NCBI GenBank assembly: GCA_963803805.1
Contig: CAWDOD010000006.1
Location: forward strand, 224,001-288,000
Reading direction: 5' to 3'
DNA: 64,000 nucleotides
Source of the DNA: an uncultured cyanobacterium
GTDB taxonomy: Bacteria; Cyanobacteriota; Cyanobacteriia; Cyanobacteriales; CAWCAG01
Shown piece by piece: positions 1 to 11,104 of the stretch; position 1 is the stretch's first letter, and every line of letters starts with the position of its first letter. Under the pieces are notes generated by a model. That model searched no databases. It had not been told where the DNA came from and saw nothing but the letters and a program-made list of their open reading frames with translations. Both the position numbers and the translations under genes were made by a program.

Positions 1-1341
1 ATTTCGGAATACTAAGTTAAAACGATTATGGGCTTCTGCTGGGGCCAAATGAGGAATATCAGGTTGGGAACCGATTAAAAGTTCTACTTCCGGAATAACT
101 TCGCTAATAACTCGACCATTAACCCCTAAAGCTATTTGGATTTTTTCTCGCCATTGATTTAGTTGCGTTTCTGTTTCAGCTAAGAGATGTTTAATTAATC
201 CTCGAAAGGCTTGAATAATACCCAGGTAAGGAATATCCTGTTGATATTGCTCGAATTTCCCTGTTATAAAATAACCACGTTTGGCCGTAATAGCCTCGTA
301 AAGTGAAGCTATTAAAGTTGATTTACCAATACCTGGAGAACCAGTCACTACAGTTAACTGAATAGCTTTTTTATTTTGCTTAGTATCAGTTTGATGGTTG
401 ATTTCTGCAAATCTTTGCAGTAGAGTAGCAGCTTCTTTTTCCCTACCATATATTCTTTGAGGAATTTGAAACCTATCGGTAATATCTTGAGTACCAAGGG
501 GAAACGGACTAATTTTCCCTTGTGTTTGTAGTTGAAGTAAGCATTCTTCCAAATCTGTTTTGATACCCCAAGCACTTTGATAGCGATCTTCGGCATTCTT
601 CGCCATCAATTTCATCACAATATCTGCAACAACCTGGGGAACTTCTTCACTGATAATTGAAGGAGGCATTCTCGCAATATGACAATGTACCAATTCCAAA
701 GGATCTTTAGTAGAAAAAGGTAAATCACCACTCAGTAACTCATAGAAGCTAACCCCAAGTGAATAAAAGTCGCTGCGGTAATCTACATAACGGTTCATTC
801 TACCAGTTTGCTCTGGGGAGATATAAGGTAAAGTCCCTTCTAAAATGAGGGGGTTACTTAAGGTGGTATTTTCTTGGGCTAAAACCGTTGAAATACCAAA
901 ATCAATGATCTTTAATTTTCCTGTGGTGGGATTAAAAACAATATTAGAAGGATTGATATCTTTATGAATAATTTTGGCAGCATGAATTTGCCCTAAAACA
1001 GTAACAATTTTACTTGCAATTAATAGAAAATCATGTATGTCTAAAGGTTCTTCCTTGGTCAATATTTGTAATGATTCGCCACCAAAATCCTCAAGAATAA
1101 TGACTAAAGTATTACGATATTTTTCTAGGCTATAAGCTGTAACAACTCCTTCTATATGAAGATTGCGAAGAATATTATATTCCCTTTGGTATCTGCATAC
1201 TTCTTCTAGTGTAGGGTAATTCTGTTTAAGTACTTTGAGAATAACAGGTTGCGTATCTTTCTCTCTAATACTTCGGAATACTAAAGAATTTGTACTCTCG
1301 TGAATTTGAGAGATAATTTTATAACCAGGAACATTAATCAT
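1..1341 (-). CDS. Ser/Thr protein kinase + AAA/P-loop ATPase (HstK-like multidomain sensor kinase), 5' part only; runs off the window start
   Basis: Not in the ORF track. ATG at 1341 gives MINVPGYKIISQIHESTNSLVFRS; kinase motifs IIHKDINPSN, KIIDFG, GTLPYISPEQTGRMNR and DYRSDFYSLG; in-frame Walker A GSPGIGKST near 320-345. Confidence 0.9.
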   Translation of the reverse strand, partial: MINVPGYKIISQIHESTNSLVFRSIREKDTQPVILKVLKQNYPTLEEVCRYQREYNILRNLHIEGVVTAYSLEKYRNTLVIILEDFGGESLQILTKEEPLDIHDFLLIASKIVTVLGQIHAAKIIHKDINPSNIVFNPTTGKLKIIDFGISTVLAQENTTLSNPLILEGTLPYISPEQTGRMNRYVDYRSDFYSLGVSFYELLSGDLPFSTKDPLELVHCHIARMPPSIISEEVPQVVADIVMKLMAKNAEDRYQSAWGIKTDLEECLLQLQTQGKISPFPLGTQDITDRFQIPQRIYGREKEAATLLQRFAEINHQTDTKQNKKAIQLTVVTGSPGIGKSTLIASLYEAITAKRGYFITGKFEQYQQDIPYLGIIQAFRGLIKHLLAETETQLNQWREKIQIALGVNGRVISEVIPEVELLIGSQPDIPHLAPAEAHNRFNLVFRN

Positions 1342-1604
1342 CTGAATGTCTGTGAAGTTCAAAGGGAATCATAGACACTGAATTATTCTACCTCTAAATC
1401 AGATAACCGGAGTATTGATATATTAACAAAGCAAATTTTTGACTTGCTTGTAGGATTATATGAGTCAATACTAGCCAAATTTCCAGGTACAATTCCCCCC
1501 ATTTTTCTGATGTCGTATATTAGCCAAGCTAGGATCATGAAAAGACGAGGGATAGCCAAACAATCTGCCCTTGAACTTTTCCTTTTGTAGATACTTAAAT
1601 TGTC

Positions 1605-2540
1605 ATGTCTTCAACTTCATTTCCCACCTCTAATCCCCTAGTTGCCTTCTCTGAGTATCTTGCTGCGTTAGTTGCCCAAATAGAGCCGACTGTAGTTGCA
1701 GTTAAGGGGCGATCGCGCTTTTCCTCCAGTGGGATATATTGGCAACCGGGAATCATTGTTACCTCAGAATCTTACCTCAAAAGATCCGAAGAACTGACAG
1801 TACTTTTAGCAGATAATTCCAGTATACCTGCAAAACTGCTCGGCAGAGATATTAGCACTGACATTGCTGTTCTCCAAATTGAAGATCCAGAATTACCGGT
1901 AGCGGAAATCAGCGACAATAATTCATTGCAAGTGGGACATCTAGTTTTAGCTTTGGGACGTTCTCGTGAAGACGGACTCAACGCTTCTATGGGGCTAATT
2001 AGTACAATAGGAGAAGCTTGGCAAAGTCGCAACGGTGGCTTAATTGACCGGTTAATTCGCCCCGACTTGAATCTTTACCCAGGCTTATTCGGAGGCCCTT
2101 TAGTGGATGTAACAGGAAAAGTTGTGGGCATGAATACCTCCGGCCCAGGCGCATGGCTTTGACAATTCCGGCGACTACCATCAATCGAGTTGTCAAACAG
2201 CTTTTAGAACAAGGAAACATTGCACGAGGTTATCTCGGATTAGGGATGCAGCCTGTACCCTTACCAGAAAGTCTGCAAAGTAATCTTTCCCTAGATTCTG
2301 AAGTGGGAATATTAGTAGTTAGTGTAGAGTCTCAAGGGCCAGGCAGATCAAGCAGGAGTTCTTATCGGTGACATACTGCTGGAAATCGATGGTAGTCTCC
2401 TGAAAGATGTTGCTGATGTACAAAGGAAGTTAGGAACACAAAGTGTTGGTAGAACCTTGGAAATACAGCTTATTCGTGGCGGCCAATTAATTGAAGTTAC
2501 AATTGTACCTGGGGAAAGACCGACACAAGGTTGCTGTTAA
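1605..2540 (+). CDS. S1C/HtrA-like trypsin domain + PDZ protein, broken by two compensating frameshifts (~2146 and ~2341)
   Basis: ORFs 1605-2162 and 2153-2371 plus the in-frame tail ADQAGVLIGDILLEIDG to TAA at 2538-2540; motifs TDIAVL, GGPLVD and RGYLGL (PDZ). Confidence 0.8.
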
Positions 2541-2574
2541 CAAATCAAAGTTCCCCCCGCATAATCAATGGTAA

Positions 2575-3231
2575 ATGATAAGTGATAAATGGATTAAGGT
2601 AGCAGTGTATGCAGAAAGCCCTATGGTGCGAGAGGGTTTGCGTGCTTTGATGGAGTCACAACCACAACTCGAAGTTATTGGTATGGCTTCAAGCTTTTCT
2701 AGCTTGGTTAAACTCTTAAATTATCAACAGCCGGAGGTGATTTTATTAGATTGGAACTCAGCAGCCGAGGAAGCTTTTGGGGAGCAAATACTAGGTGATG
2801 ATAGCAAGCTAGATATGCTGACTGTGGTTATTTTAGTTGATGAAGAAAATAGTGACTGGTTGGTAGAAAAGCTACGTTCTGGGGTATGTTCGGTATTACC
2901 AAATTCAGCTACAGTGGAAGAAATTGTTGCCGCAGTGGAAGCTGCTGCAACAGGGTTAGTAGTCTTACACCCAGAAGTGGTTGATACTCTGTTGAGTCGT
3001 TACTCCACTGCCCCCTTACCAACTTCTCCCCTTCAAGCTTTAACCCCGCGAGAAATGGAGATTTTGTCAATGTTAGCTTTAGGATTAAGCAACAAAAACA
3101 TTGCCAAGCAATTGCAAATTTCTGAACATACTGTGAAGTTCCATATCTCTTCTGTTTTTACCAAACTAAATGCTTCAAGCCGCACTGAGGCCGTAGCTTT
3201 GGGAGCAAGGTTAGGTTTGATTATGCTTTAA
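2575..3231 (+). CDS. NarL/LuxR-family response regulator
   Basis: N-terminal receiver-like domain (VILLD) and C-terminal LTPREMEIL...SEHTVKFHISS helix-turn-helix. Confidence 0.9.
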   Translation: MISDKWIKVAVYAESPMVREGLRALMESQPQLEVIGMASSFSSLVKLLNYQQPEVILLDWNSAAEEAFGEQILGDDSKLDMLTVVILVDEENSDWLVEKLRSGVCSVLPNSATVEEIVAAVEAAATGLVVLHPEVVDTLLSRYSTAPLPTSPLQALTPREMEILSMLALGLSNKNIAKQLQISEHTVKFHISSVFTKLNASSRTEAVALGARLGLIML

Positions 3232-4327
3232 ATTCATCTTGAGAAAACTTAGAAGCAATTGTCTCTAAAACCTGCTCTTCTGGAGGGGTGATTTGACCAT
3301 CTAAAAGAGCAATTTGCTGGCAGCGTGCTAACAATGGTGGTGCTAAATCTGGGGAGAGTTGCTCTAACAATTCCTCTAAAGGTTGAGGCTCTTTGATATG
3401 ATTTGCCATAGCCTGTAAAGATTTAGGTGGCAAGTCAGCTTTTTGCAATTCTAGGACGATATCCGACCAAGATTTCTCCGGGTAGCTAGCTAAAAGCATA
3501 TGTACCAAAATGCGATCCATAATTTCTTGTTGTTCTATTGCCCCTTGGAAATAAACTTCACTTTCCTGCTGAATCTCCTCAACAGTAGCTGGTTCAGCCG
3601 TGGGATCTTGCTTAGCCTCATAATAGCGACAAGCTGCTTGCCCTAAACCGTACAGCATAATTGCATTGGTAGAAGCACCAACAACCAATCCTACCCCTGG
3701 TATCACTTCAGCAAAGCTTAAGCCAGTTTTCACAAAGCCAGAACCTCCTAAAGCTAAACCAAAAATGGCTAAGACTTCCCCTCGACGACTTGGATCTTCT
3801 AGATCTAAGCCATAAACAGCAGCAATTTCATAAATTAATTCCGCTTGCAGTTGTGCTGTTGCAGCTAGATCTAAAGCAAATAGTGCCGCAGCTAAAGGAG
3901 GAATAAAGTTAGTCGCAACCCCAATACCTGCACCGCGAATCGCTTTTTGCACCATGAGGCGGTGAGCAATTTGCTTAGGGGTTTCTAGGGGATATTCTTG
4001 TTGTACTTCTTTGACTCTTTCTAAAGCTTTTTTGGTATCAACTTTGCCCAGTAAACTTTTTAGCCAACTATTACCAAATTTTCCATTAACAAACTTGATG
4101 ATCGGATTTTCAGCTACCGAAGCGAGGGTTTCTCCAGTAGTTTGAGTAGCTTGTTCAAAGAACTCCTGCGCCCCAGCCGTAGCTGCTTCTCCTAATTCCG
4201 AAGCAAGTTCTATTGCTGCTTGGCCGGTTTGAAAGGCAATGCTGCCCACAATTTCACCAACTTCAGTGGCTGTTTCTATTGCATCAGCAAGAGGCGAACG
4301 AGATTTATCATTCATCACATTCATCAT
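3221..4327 (-). CDS. EcsC/DUF697-like protein with TerB-like C-terminus
   Basis: LQAELIYEIAAVYGLDL and IPGVGLVVGASTNA; C-terminal ALLDGQITPPEEQVL. Confidence 0.6.
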   Translation of the reverse strand: MMNVMNDKSRSPLADAIETATEVGEIVGSIAFQTGQAAIELASELGEAATAGAQEFFEQATQTTGETLASVAENPIIKFVNGKFGNSWLKSLLGKVDTKKALERVKEVQQEYPLETPKQIAHRLMVQKAIRGAGIGVATNFIPPLAAALFALDLAATAQLQAELIYEIAAVYGLDLEDPSRRGEVLAIFGLALGGSGFVKTGLSFAEVIPGVGLVVGASTNAIMLYGLGQAACRYYEAKQDPTAEPATVEEIQQESEVYFQGAIEQQEIMDRILVHMLLASYPEKSWSDIVLELQKADLPPKSLQAMANHIKEPQPLEELLEQLSPDLAPPLLARCQQIALLDGQITPPEEQVLETIASKFSQDEFKA

Positions 4328-4349
4328 TTGTTATTTACCATTTACTAGT

Positions 4350-4943
4350 TTAGCCTGGGGAATGATCACTGTTCATTGAAATACTGCGAAGATTTTGGGC
4401 GCGAATTAACTCGCTGAAACTTAAGCTAGAACGCCCTTCTATTTTAGCCACCTCTTCAATTGCTTTTAATAAATTTGTGGCAGCTTCTGTGCGACTATAG
4501 CCCCTTCTTTGAGCAACTTTGATTGCTGCTTCATCAGCATCAACTTCCCTTCGGGAACTGCGATTGTGTTGCCAAATTTGACTTGCTGCTAATGCACCTA
4601 AACCTCCTGCTACCAAAAATCCTAAAGCATCTCCTTGAGTAAGTTCAATAACGCTATCTACAGCCCCTAAAAAAACAATACCTTGGTACAAATCAGGTTT
4701 AAACCATTTCACCCCAGTTAACCAACTAATGGTTCTCAAAAGCAATAAATCCCTTGCTCCTGTGGGTAAAAGTTGCCACAAATCGAAGTTAATGTAAATG
4801 GGGCGATTTCCTCGCTTCCAAGGATAGGGAAAATCAGCACTAACGACTTTACTCTGTTGAGGCTTGTTGACAATTTTGGTAAGCATTCGTCCTGATGCAG
4901 GCATTAAATCCAGTAAGCGACGAATTTCTGAGTCTAGATTCAT
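4350..4943 (-). CDS. DUF3318-family cyanobacterial protein
   Basis: EIRRLLDLMPASGRM and LSFSELIRAQNLR signature. Confidence 0.75.
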   Translation of the reverse strand: MNLDSEIRRLLDLMPASGRMLTKIVNKPQQSKVVSADFPYPWKRGNRPIYINFDLWQLLPTGARDLLLLRTISWLTGVKWFKPDLYQGIVFLGAVDSVIELTQGDALGFLVAGGLGALAASQIWQHNRSSRREVDADEAAIKVAQRRGYSRTEAATNLLKAIEEVAKIEGRSSLSFSELIRAQNLRSISMNSDHSPG

Positions 4944-5003
4944 GGGGAGGTTGCTTATTGTTAAAAATTATTAAAATAGGAATAGAAGTTAAATAGAAAT
5001 TTT

Positions 5004-5775
5004 ATGCAACTAACTTGGTTAGACAATAACTCCTGGATTATAAACGTAGGTAAACAAAATATTCTACTCGATCCTTGGTTAGTAGATTCTTTGGTGTTTG
5101 CTAACTTACCTTGGTTGTTTGAAGGTAAGCGCCCCCAACCCTTAGCAATTCCTGAATCTATCGATTCTTATCCTGCTGTCTCAAGGTTTAGAAGATCATG
5201 CCCATCCCCCAACTTTGAAACAATTAGACCACAATATTCCTGTAGTTGCTTCCCCTAATGCGGCTAAGGTAGTTCAGGAATTAGGTTACAGCCAAATCAC
5301 CACCTTAAAACATGGGGAAAGTTTTACCCTAGCTAATAAAGTTGAAATCCAAGCTGTACCAGGATCTCCCATTGGCCCAACTTTAAGAGAAAATGGTTAC
5401 ATTCTCAAAGATTTAACCACCGAGCAAAGTTTATACTACGAACCCCATGGTAATCATGACCCAGAAATCAAACAATCGGCTCCAGTAGATGTGGTGATTA
5501 CTCCTTTGGTTAGTTTGGTTTTGCCCTTAGTTGGCCCCATAATTAAAGGACAAAAAAGCGCTCTGCAAGTATCTCAATGGTTACAACCAAAATTTATCTT
5601 ACCCACTGCGGATGCACAAGAAGTAAGTTATCAAGGATTACTAGTTTCTTTGTTAAGCTCTCAAGGTAGCCTGGAAAAGTTTCAAGAAATGCTCACGGAA
5701 AACGACCTTAATACTAAAGTAATTCAACCAAAACCCAACCAAGCTATAAACTTAAACGGATCACTAATTAAATAG
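5004..5775 (+). CDS. MBL-fold metallo-hydrolase, broken by a +1 frameshift at ~5165
   Basis: MQLTWLDNNSW...ILLDPWL; removing one T from GATTCTT restores IDLILLSQGLEDHAHPPTL and joins ORF 5215-5775. Confidence 0.85.
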
Positions 5776-5925
5776 TAAGGTTTCAGGTATTAAGATTGCT
5801 TATTTTGACAAGGAAACAGGGAACAGGCAAGGAGGAAAAGAGATGCAGAAATTTCACCTGTTAGGAAAAGCGATGTCATATAGGCATCATTTGGAATTGC
5901 TATAGTAGCAAAGGTTCAATATTTA

Positions 5926-6597
5926 ATGAGCAATGAAATGGCTACATATTTAATCACAGGTGCAAATCGCGGTATTGGTTACGAATTAGCTAAACAAGCT
6001 AAAGAATCAAGTGAGAAAGTTATTGCCGCTTGTCGTCAAAGTTCATCTCAACTTGATAGTTTGGGAGTACAAGTAGAAACAGGAGTTGATATAGGAGACG
6101 CTGCCTCCGTTGCCAATTTAGCAAAACGCTTGCAAGGAACTTCTTTAGATATTCTCATTAATAATGCCGGAATTTGGTCAAAAAGTACTCTTGATGACCT
6201 CAACTTTGATGGTATGGTACAACAATTCAAAATCAATTCCCTTGGGGCTTTGCGGGTAACTCAAGCTTTACTACCAAACCTTCACTCTGGTTCTAAAGTT
6301 GGCATTGTTACTAGTCGCATGGGTTCTATAGAAGATAATACTTCCGGGGGTTCTTATGGCTATCGTATGTCCAAAGTTGCTGTTTCTATGGCCGGAAAAT
6401 CTTTATCTTTGGATCTTAAACCCCAAGGTATTGCTGTCGCTATTTTGCATCCCGGTTTAGTTAGTACTGATATGACTGGACATCAGGGTATACCAGCCTC
6501 GGAAGCGGCGGCAGGTTTGTTGCAAAGAATTGAGGAATTAAATCTAGAAAATACAGGTACTTTTTGGCACGCTAAAGGAGAAGTTTTACCTTGGTAA
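5926..6597 (+). CDS. Short-chain dehydrogenase/reductase (CsgA-like)
   Basis: TGANRGIG, NNAG and YRMSK catalytic motif. Confidence 0.9.
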   Translation: MSNEMATYLITGANRGIGYELAKQAKESSEKVIAACRQSSSQLDSLGVQVETGVDIGDAASVANLAKRLQGTSLDILINNAGIWSKSTLDDLNFDGMVQQFKINSLGALRVTQALLPNLHSGSKVGIVTSRMGSIEDNTSGGSYGYRMSKVAVSMAGKSLSLDLKPQGIAVAILHPGLVSTDMTGHQGIPASEAAAGLLQRIEELNLENTGTFWHAKGEVLPW

Positions 6598-6718
6598 TAG
6601 ACAATGCCTTTAGTTAAATAACCAAATTGAGCAAGCTTTTTAATCCACAATGTTAAGACAATCTCCTTAAGCTAAAAGATAGCACTTCTTTTTTTAGGAA
6701 CAAGGAATATCGTAACTT

Positions 6719-7945
6719 GTGAATATCTACATTCTTAATCTTCTAGTAATTGGCCTACTTTTACTGGTTGTTACCCTGGGTTCTGATTGGATTTCTTCCC
6801 GTTTGCCCCTTTCTTTTGCTATCATCTATCTCGTCGTTGGTATATGCTTAGGCCCTTATGGGTTTGGTTTAATTCAATTACGACCTGATACAGAGTTTAT
6901 CGAAAGATTAGCAGAATTTGTGGTTATTATCTCTGTTTTTGGTTGCGGATTGAAAATGAACCGCCCCCTCAAGCTTCAGCATTGGCAAACCACAGCCAGA
7001 TTAATCGGCTTTTTATTGCCCCTTTCTATATTTGCGATCGCCGCCTCTTGTCATTGGTTACTTGGTTTAGGCTGGGGAGGGGCAATCCTGCTAGGGGGTA
7101 TTTTAGCTCCTACTGACCCTGTATTGGCTTCAGAAGTGCAGTTAGGCGAAGTCAATGATCAAGATGAGTTACGCTTCGGCTTAACTTCCGAAGGGGGTTT
7201 AAATGATTCCTTGGCTTTTCCCTTCGTTTATTTTGGACTTTATGCCCTCGAAGATAACAATTGGGAAAATTGGCTACGGCAATGGTTAATTGTTGATTTG
7301 CTTTGGGCAATCATAGCAGCCTTAGTTATGGGGATTGTGGTTGCAAAAAGCATTATCTGGCTTGATAACAAATGGCAACGCTTTCACCCGATTGATGATT
7401 TAATGGAAGATTTTGTTGCTCTGAGTACGGTTTTAATTACTTATTCCTTAACAGAATTAGTTAACGGTTACGGGTTTTTGGCTGTGTTTGTAGCAGGGTT
7501 TGTTGTCCAAAGAAAATATTATGCTAATCAAGAAAAGCGTATTGCTCAATTGGAGTTTACTGAACAAATCGAAAAACTTCTCGAAGTTGCGACAATTCTA
7601 CTCCTTGGTTCTTTTTTATTGATCGAACCAATTCTCAAATACGGTACTCAAGGCTTGTTAGTAGCCGCCCTGTTATTTTTCCTCATCCGCCCTTTGGGAG
7701 TATTATTAAGCTTTTTCGGTTCAGGTTTACCTCAACCAATTCCCCTGCTATTTGGTTGGTTTGGCATTCGTGGGGTTGGTTCTTTGTATTATCTTACTTA
7801 TGCTATGGGTCAAGGTTTAGAAGGAGAGGTAGCTGAACAATTGGCTTGGATTACCTATATTGTGGTGGTTAGTTCGGTGATCCTACACGGTATTAGTGCT
7901 ACACCATTGATGAGTTGGTATGAGAAGAGAGTAGTGGGGAGTTAG
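6719..7945 (+). CDS. Cation:proton antiporter (CPA1/NhaP family)
   Basis: Many hydrophobic helices; LAPTDPVLA, EGGLND and GIRGVGS motifs. Confidence 0.9.
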   Translation: MNIYILNLLVIGLLLLVVTLGSDWISSRLPLSFAIIYLVVGICLGPYGFGLIQLRPDTEFIERLAEFVVIISVFGCGLKMNRPLKLQHWQTTARLIGFLLPLSIFAIAASCHWLLGLGWGGAILLGGILAPTDPVLASEVQLGEVNDQDELRFGLTSEGGLNDSLAFPFVYFGLYALEDNNWENWLRQWLIVDLLWAIIAALVMGIVVAKSIIWLDNKWQRFHPIDDLMEDFVALSTVLITYSLTELVNGYGFLAVFVAGFVVQRKYYANQEKRIAQLEFTEQIEKLLEVATILLLGSFLLIEPILKYGTQGLLVAALLFFLIRPLGVLLSFFGSGLPQPIPLLFGWFGIRGVGSLYYLTYAMGQGLEGEVAEQLAWITYIVVVSSVILHGISATPLMSWYEKRVVGS

Positions 7946-8189
7946 GGGGCTAGGGAGAAATATTACTTTTTGCCCATTTGTAACAAGTTAAGGAAGTATA
8001 GCCGTTGTCAAGCAAATACTTGTATCCATTGGGAAAAAAGGGATTGACAGTAAAGGTAAGGTGAAACTATGGGGATAGATTGATAGCTAAAAAGCTAAGA
8101 GCTAAAAACAGTTGACCAATGGAATAACAGCTTAACTTGTCACCAATGCTTTTTGCCTTTTAGCTATAACTAAAGTTATTTTTACCTTC

Positions 8190-9305
8190 CTATCGCTCTA
8201 GGTTACGAGGATCTAAAGCATCTCGTAAGCCATCTCCCAATAAGTTAAATGCCAATACTGTCGTAATAATTAACACTGCTGGGGGCCAAATCAACCAAGG
8301 CTGTAATACCAAAATCGAAGCATTGGTTGACAAAGAAAGCATATTACCCCAACTAGGATCGGGCTGCTGAATACCTAAGCCAATTAAGCTTAATACCGAC
8401 TCAGCAATAATAAATCCTGGTATAGCTAAGGTAGCAGAAATAATTATATAAGTTGCTGTTTGGGGCAGAACATGACGCACAATAATATAAAGAGGATTCG
8501 CCCCAATAACCTTGGCTGCATCAACAAATTCTCGCTCTTTTAATGATAAAACCTGTCCCCTGATAACCCTAGCTAATCCTGCCCAACGTACAAAGGAAGT
8601 GATTAAAATAATTAGTAAAAAGCGTTGGGCGCTAGTTAAGCCGGGGGGCAATACCGCCGCTAAAGCTACTAAGAGATAAATACTGGGAATGGTCATTAGC
8701 ACCTCTACTAGGCGCATCAAAAAAGCATCTACCCAACTACCAAAATAGCCCGAAATCCCTCCAATTAACATACCCAAGGGGAAAGATATGGCAATACCAA
8801 TTAAACCAATACTCAAGCTAATTCTACCGCCAAACAGCAAGCGACTAAATTGATCTCGCCCTTGTTCATCAGTACCAAGAATATTGATTTTACCTGCTCC
8901 GGCAGCCCCAAAGAGATGAATATTACTCTTGATGCCTGGTAATACGGTTACTTCCTCAAATTTAGGCGGTAAAGGTAAAGTGAGTTTTAAGAAACGATAA
9001 GACCAACCCTTAGTAAATAATCGAATTCCAGAAGGCTGATCCCGGTTAACTTCTAACTGGCGATCGCCCGTTTCTAAACTAGTGGGGCCTTGAGTAATCG
9101 GATAAACGTGGGGCCCGATAAATTCCCCCTCTTGATTGCGCCAATAAATCTGGGTTGGCGGCAGCAAAGAACCATCTTTTTGGGAAGCATAGGGGTCGTA
9201 AGGGGCAACAAAATCAGCAGCAATCACAACTAAGTAAAAGACTAGCAGTAATAATGCTCCCAAACGTGCTAAAGGATTATTTTTAAGTTTTCGCCACCAA
9301 TTCAT
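8190..9305 (-). CDS. Peptide ABC transporter permease (OppC/DppC family)
   Basis: LGTDEQGRDQFSRL, EAA-like loop EFVDAAKVIGA and FNLLGDGLRDALDP. Confidence 0.92.
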   Translation of the reverse strand: MNWWRKLKNNPLARLGALLLLVFYLVVIAADFVAPYDPYASQKDGSLLPPTQIYWRNQEGEFIGPHVYPITQGPTSLETGDRQLEVNRDQPSGIRLFTKGWSYRFLKLTLPLPPKFEEVTVLPGIKSNIHLFGAAGAGKINILGTDEQGRDQFSRLLFGGRISLSIGLIGIAISFPLGMLIGGISGYFGSWVDAFLMRLVEVLMTIPSIYLLVALAAVLPPGLTSAQRFLLIILITSFVRWAGLARVIRGQVLSLKEREFVDAAKVIGANPLYIIVRHVLPQTATYIIISATLAIPGFIIAESVLSLIGLGIQQPDPSWGNMLSLSTNASILVLQPWLIWPPAVLIITTVLAFNLLGDGLRDALDPRNLER

Positions 9306-9336
9306 ATTTAATTTTTAGTTGTTTACAACCCTAATT

Positions 9337-10212
9337 TTAAGCGTAAGCCCTTTGGGCCAATCTCCTTTGTTCCTCCTGGTTTTTTTCATGTTCAACAACA
9401 AATACATTGGAGTAGAGATTAGCAGTAATCTGTTTGCCTTGTTGGGTTAAGGACAAATAATTTAAGGCATCTTGAATATAAGGATAAACTGCATTCCAGT
9501 AAAAAGAAGGATAACCTTGACGTAAATCATCAGGATGTTTGTATCCTAAAGCTTTATTAGCCCCTGTCTCTTCAAACTCATAGAATAAAGCACTAATTTT
9601 TTTCAAATAGCGGGGATCACTAAGCTGACCAATTAAATCAGCAGCACGGATTAAACCCGCATAATGAACTGTATCCTTATGGTCATCCTTTTCAGGAACT
9701 GGGAAACGAGTTAACTCAATGCTACGCTTAATAAACTCAGAATCAATCAGTTTGTGGCCACCAAAACGCTCATCAATAAATAGCTTACCCCGATCAACGT
9801 GATAGGGAGTTAAGCTAGCATCAGAAGCACCAGGGGGTAAATGAACCATTTCTCCATCTTTCCCTGTAGCATAAAGCCTTTCTAGTTCCCGATCTTGACG
9901 ACAGACCCCTTTAACATAACCAATATCGTGACAAGCTAGGGAAATAATAAAGTGCAGCCAATCCTCCCCAGTTACTCCACCTTCTCGGATGTGTTTGCCC
10001 CGCAAGACTTCTTGACCTACTAGAGTAACTAGAATGGAGTGTTCGACATTATGATAGAGAGCATCGCTATTAGCAATATTTTCCATTGCCATACTGCCTG
10101 CCCAAGCAATAATATCTTCATAGTCATTATGTAAAGCCCCGTAAGTGCGGTGATAGCCCTTACGGAGTTTATCAACAAATTCGTCTATAAGTATTTCGGT
10201 GGCGTTAAACAT
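9337..10212 (-). CDS. HD-domain metal-dependent phosphohydrolase (Npun_R2479-like)
   Basis: YHNVEH, CHDIGY and RAADLIGQL. Confidence 0.85.
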   Translation of the reverse strand: MFNATEILIDEFVDKLRKGYHRTYGALHNDYEDIIAWAGSMAMENIANSDALYHNVEHSILVTLVGQEVLRGKHIREGGVTGEDWLHFIISLACHDIGYVKGVCRQDRELERLYATGKDGEMVHLPPGASDASLTPYHVDRGKLFIDERFGGHKLIDSEFIKRSIELTRFPVPEKDDHKDTVHYAGLIRAADLIGQLSDPRYLKKISALFYEFEETGANKALGYKHPDDLRQGYPSFYWNAVYPYIQDALNYLSLTQQGKQITANLYSNVFVVEHEKNQEEQRRLAQRAYA

Positions 10213-10598
10213 CCTTGGTACTCACTTGTACTGAGAGTCGTAAAATGGAATTTCTATAATTAGACTTGAAAGCTTGCTAGTTTTTGAGGCTAATTAATAT
10301 GTTAAACCTTAGTGGTTTGGCTTTAGTACAGTGCTAAGATTGAGTTATTCAAATCATAGAATGCAACAGAAGAGGAATTTTCGCTCTGAAAAGCATCACG
10401 ATGAAGTTGTGTTTCATATCACTTTGCTAAGGAAAAAGGCTTTAATACCATAGTTGTCGTTGTCTTTCCCTAAGTATGATACCTATATAAATGGGCAGAC
10501 AAAATTTTGACCTAGTTATATTCTATCGCTCCTTAATAAAGATTAAGCATCTTTTCAGGTTTAGATAGCCTCCCAAATAACCCTATTTTTTTGATTCA

Positions 10599-11030
10599 AT
10601 GCTCAGCTTTGGTAACTCTCAGCCTAACAAGGCCGCTAGCAAATGGCAGCGCCAGTTGGATAAATTCGTTAGAGATAATCGCCAAGAATTGGCTGCTTTA
10701 GTTTGGGGTATGTCTCAACAAAGTGGATCTGAGGATAAAACCGTTGGTATTGATTGCCAAGGAGTTCCTCGCTTTGTTTATTGCCCCAGAGAAGCAGTTG
10801 AACAACTTAACTCTAACGTTAATGAACATCTCCAGGAGATTTTGGGTGTGATAGATGGCCATGATCCAACAGAAGAAGTACTGATGATTGGGATTGGCGA
10901 CGGTGAAATTAAGTTAATCAATTTTAAACCGGAACCTTCTCCCCCAGAATGCTTTGAGGAAGTAGGGGAAAAAGCAGGAATTTTGTTAGATAAGCTAGAG
11001 CAAAGTTTGGCGGAATATCTACGGGGTTGA
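10599..11030 (+). CDS. ccmS: Beta-carboxysome assembly chaperone CcmS
   Basis: Resembles CcmS as recalled: KWQRQLDKFV...QELAAL, FVYCP, EVLMIGIGDGEIKLI and PEPSPPECFEEVG. Confidence 0.75.
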   Translation: MLSFGNSQPNKAASKWQRQLDKFVRDNRQELAALVWGMSQQSGSEDKTVGIDCQGVPRFVYCPREAVEQLNSNVNEHLQEILGVIDGHDPTEEVLMIGIGDGEIKLINFKPEPSPPECFEEVGEKAGILLDKLEQSLAEYLRG

Positions 11031-11104
11031 GCTTTGCGTAAATTTATACAGACCTAATACCCTATTACCTAGTTCATGATTAAGCTTAAACAACCAGAAA
11101 TTAA

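Noticed and set aside
354-596. 80-aa minus-strand ORF
   Set aside because: Out-of-frame overlap with the kinase gene at 1-1341.
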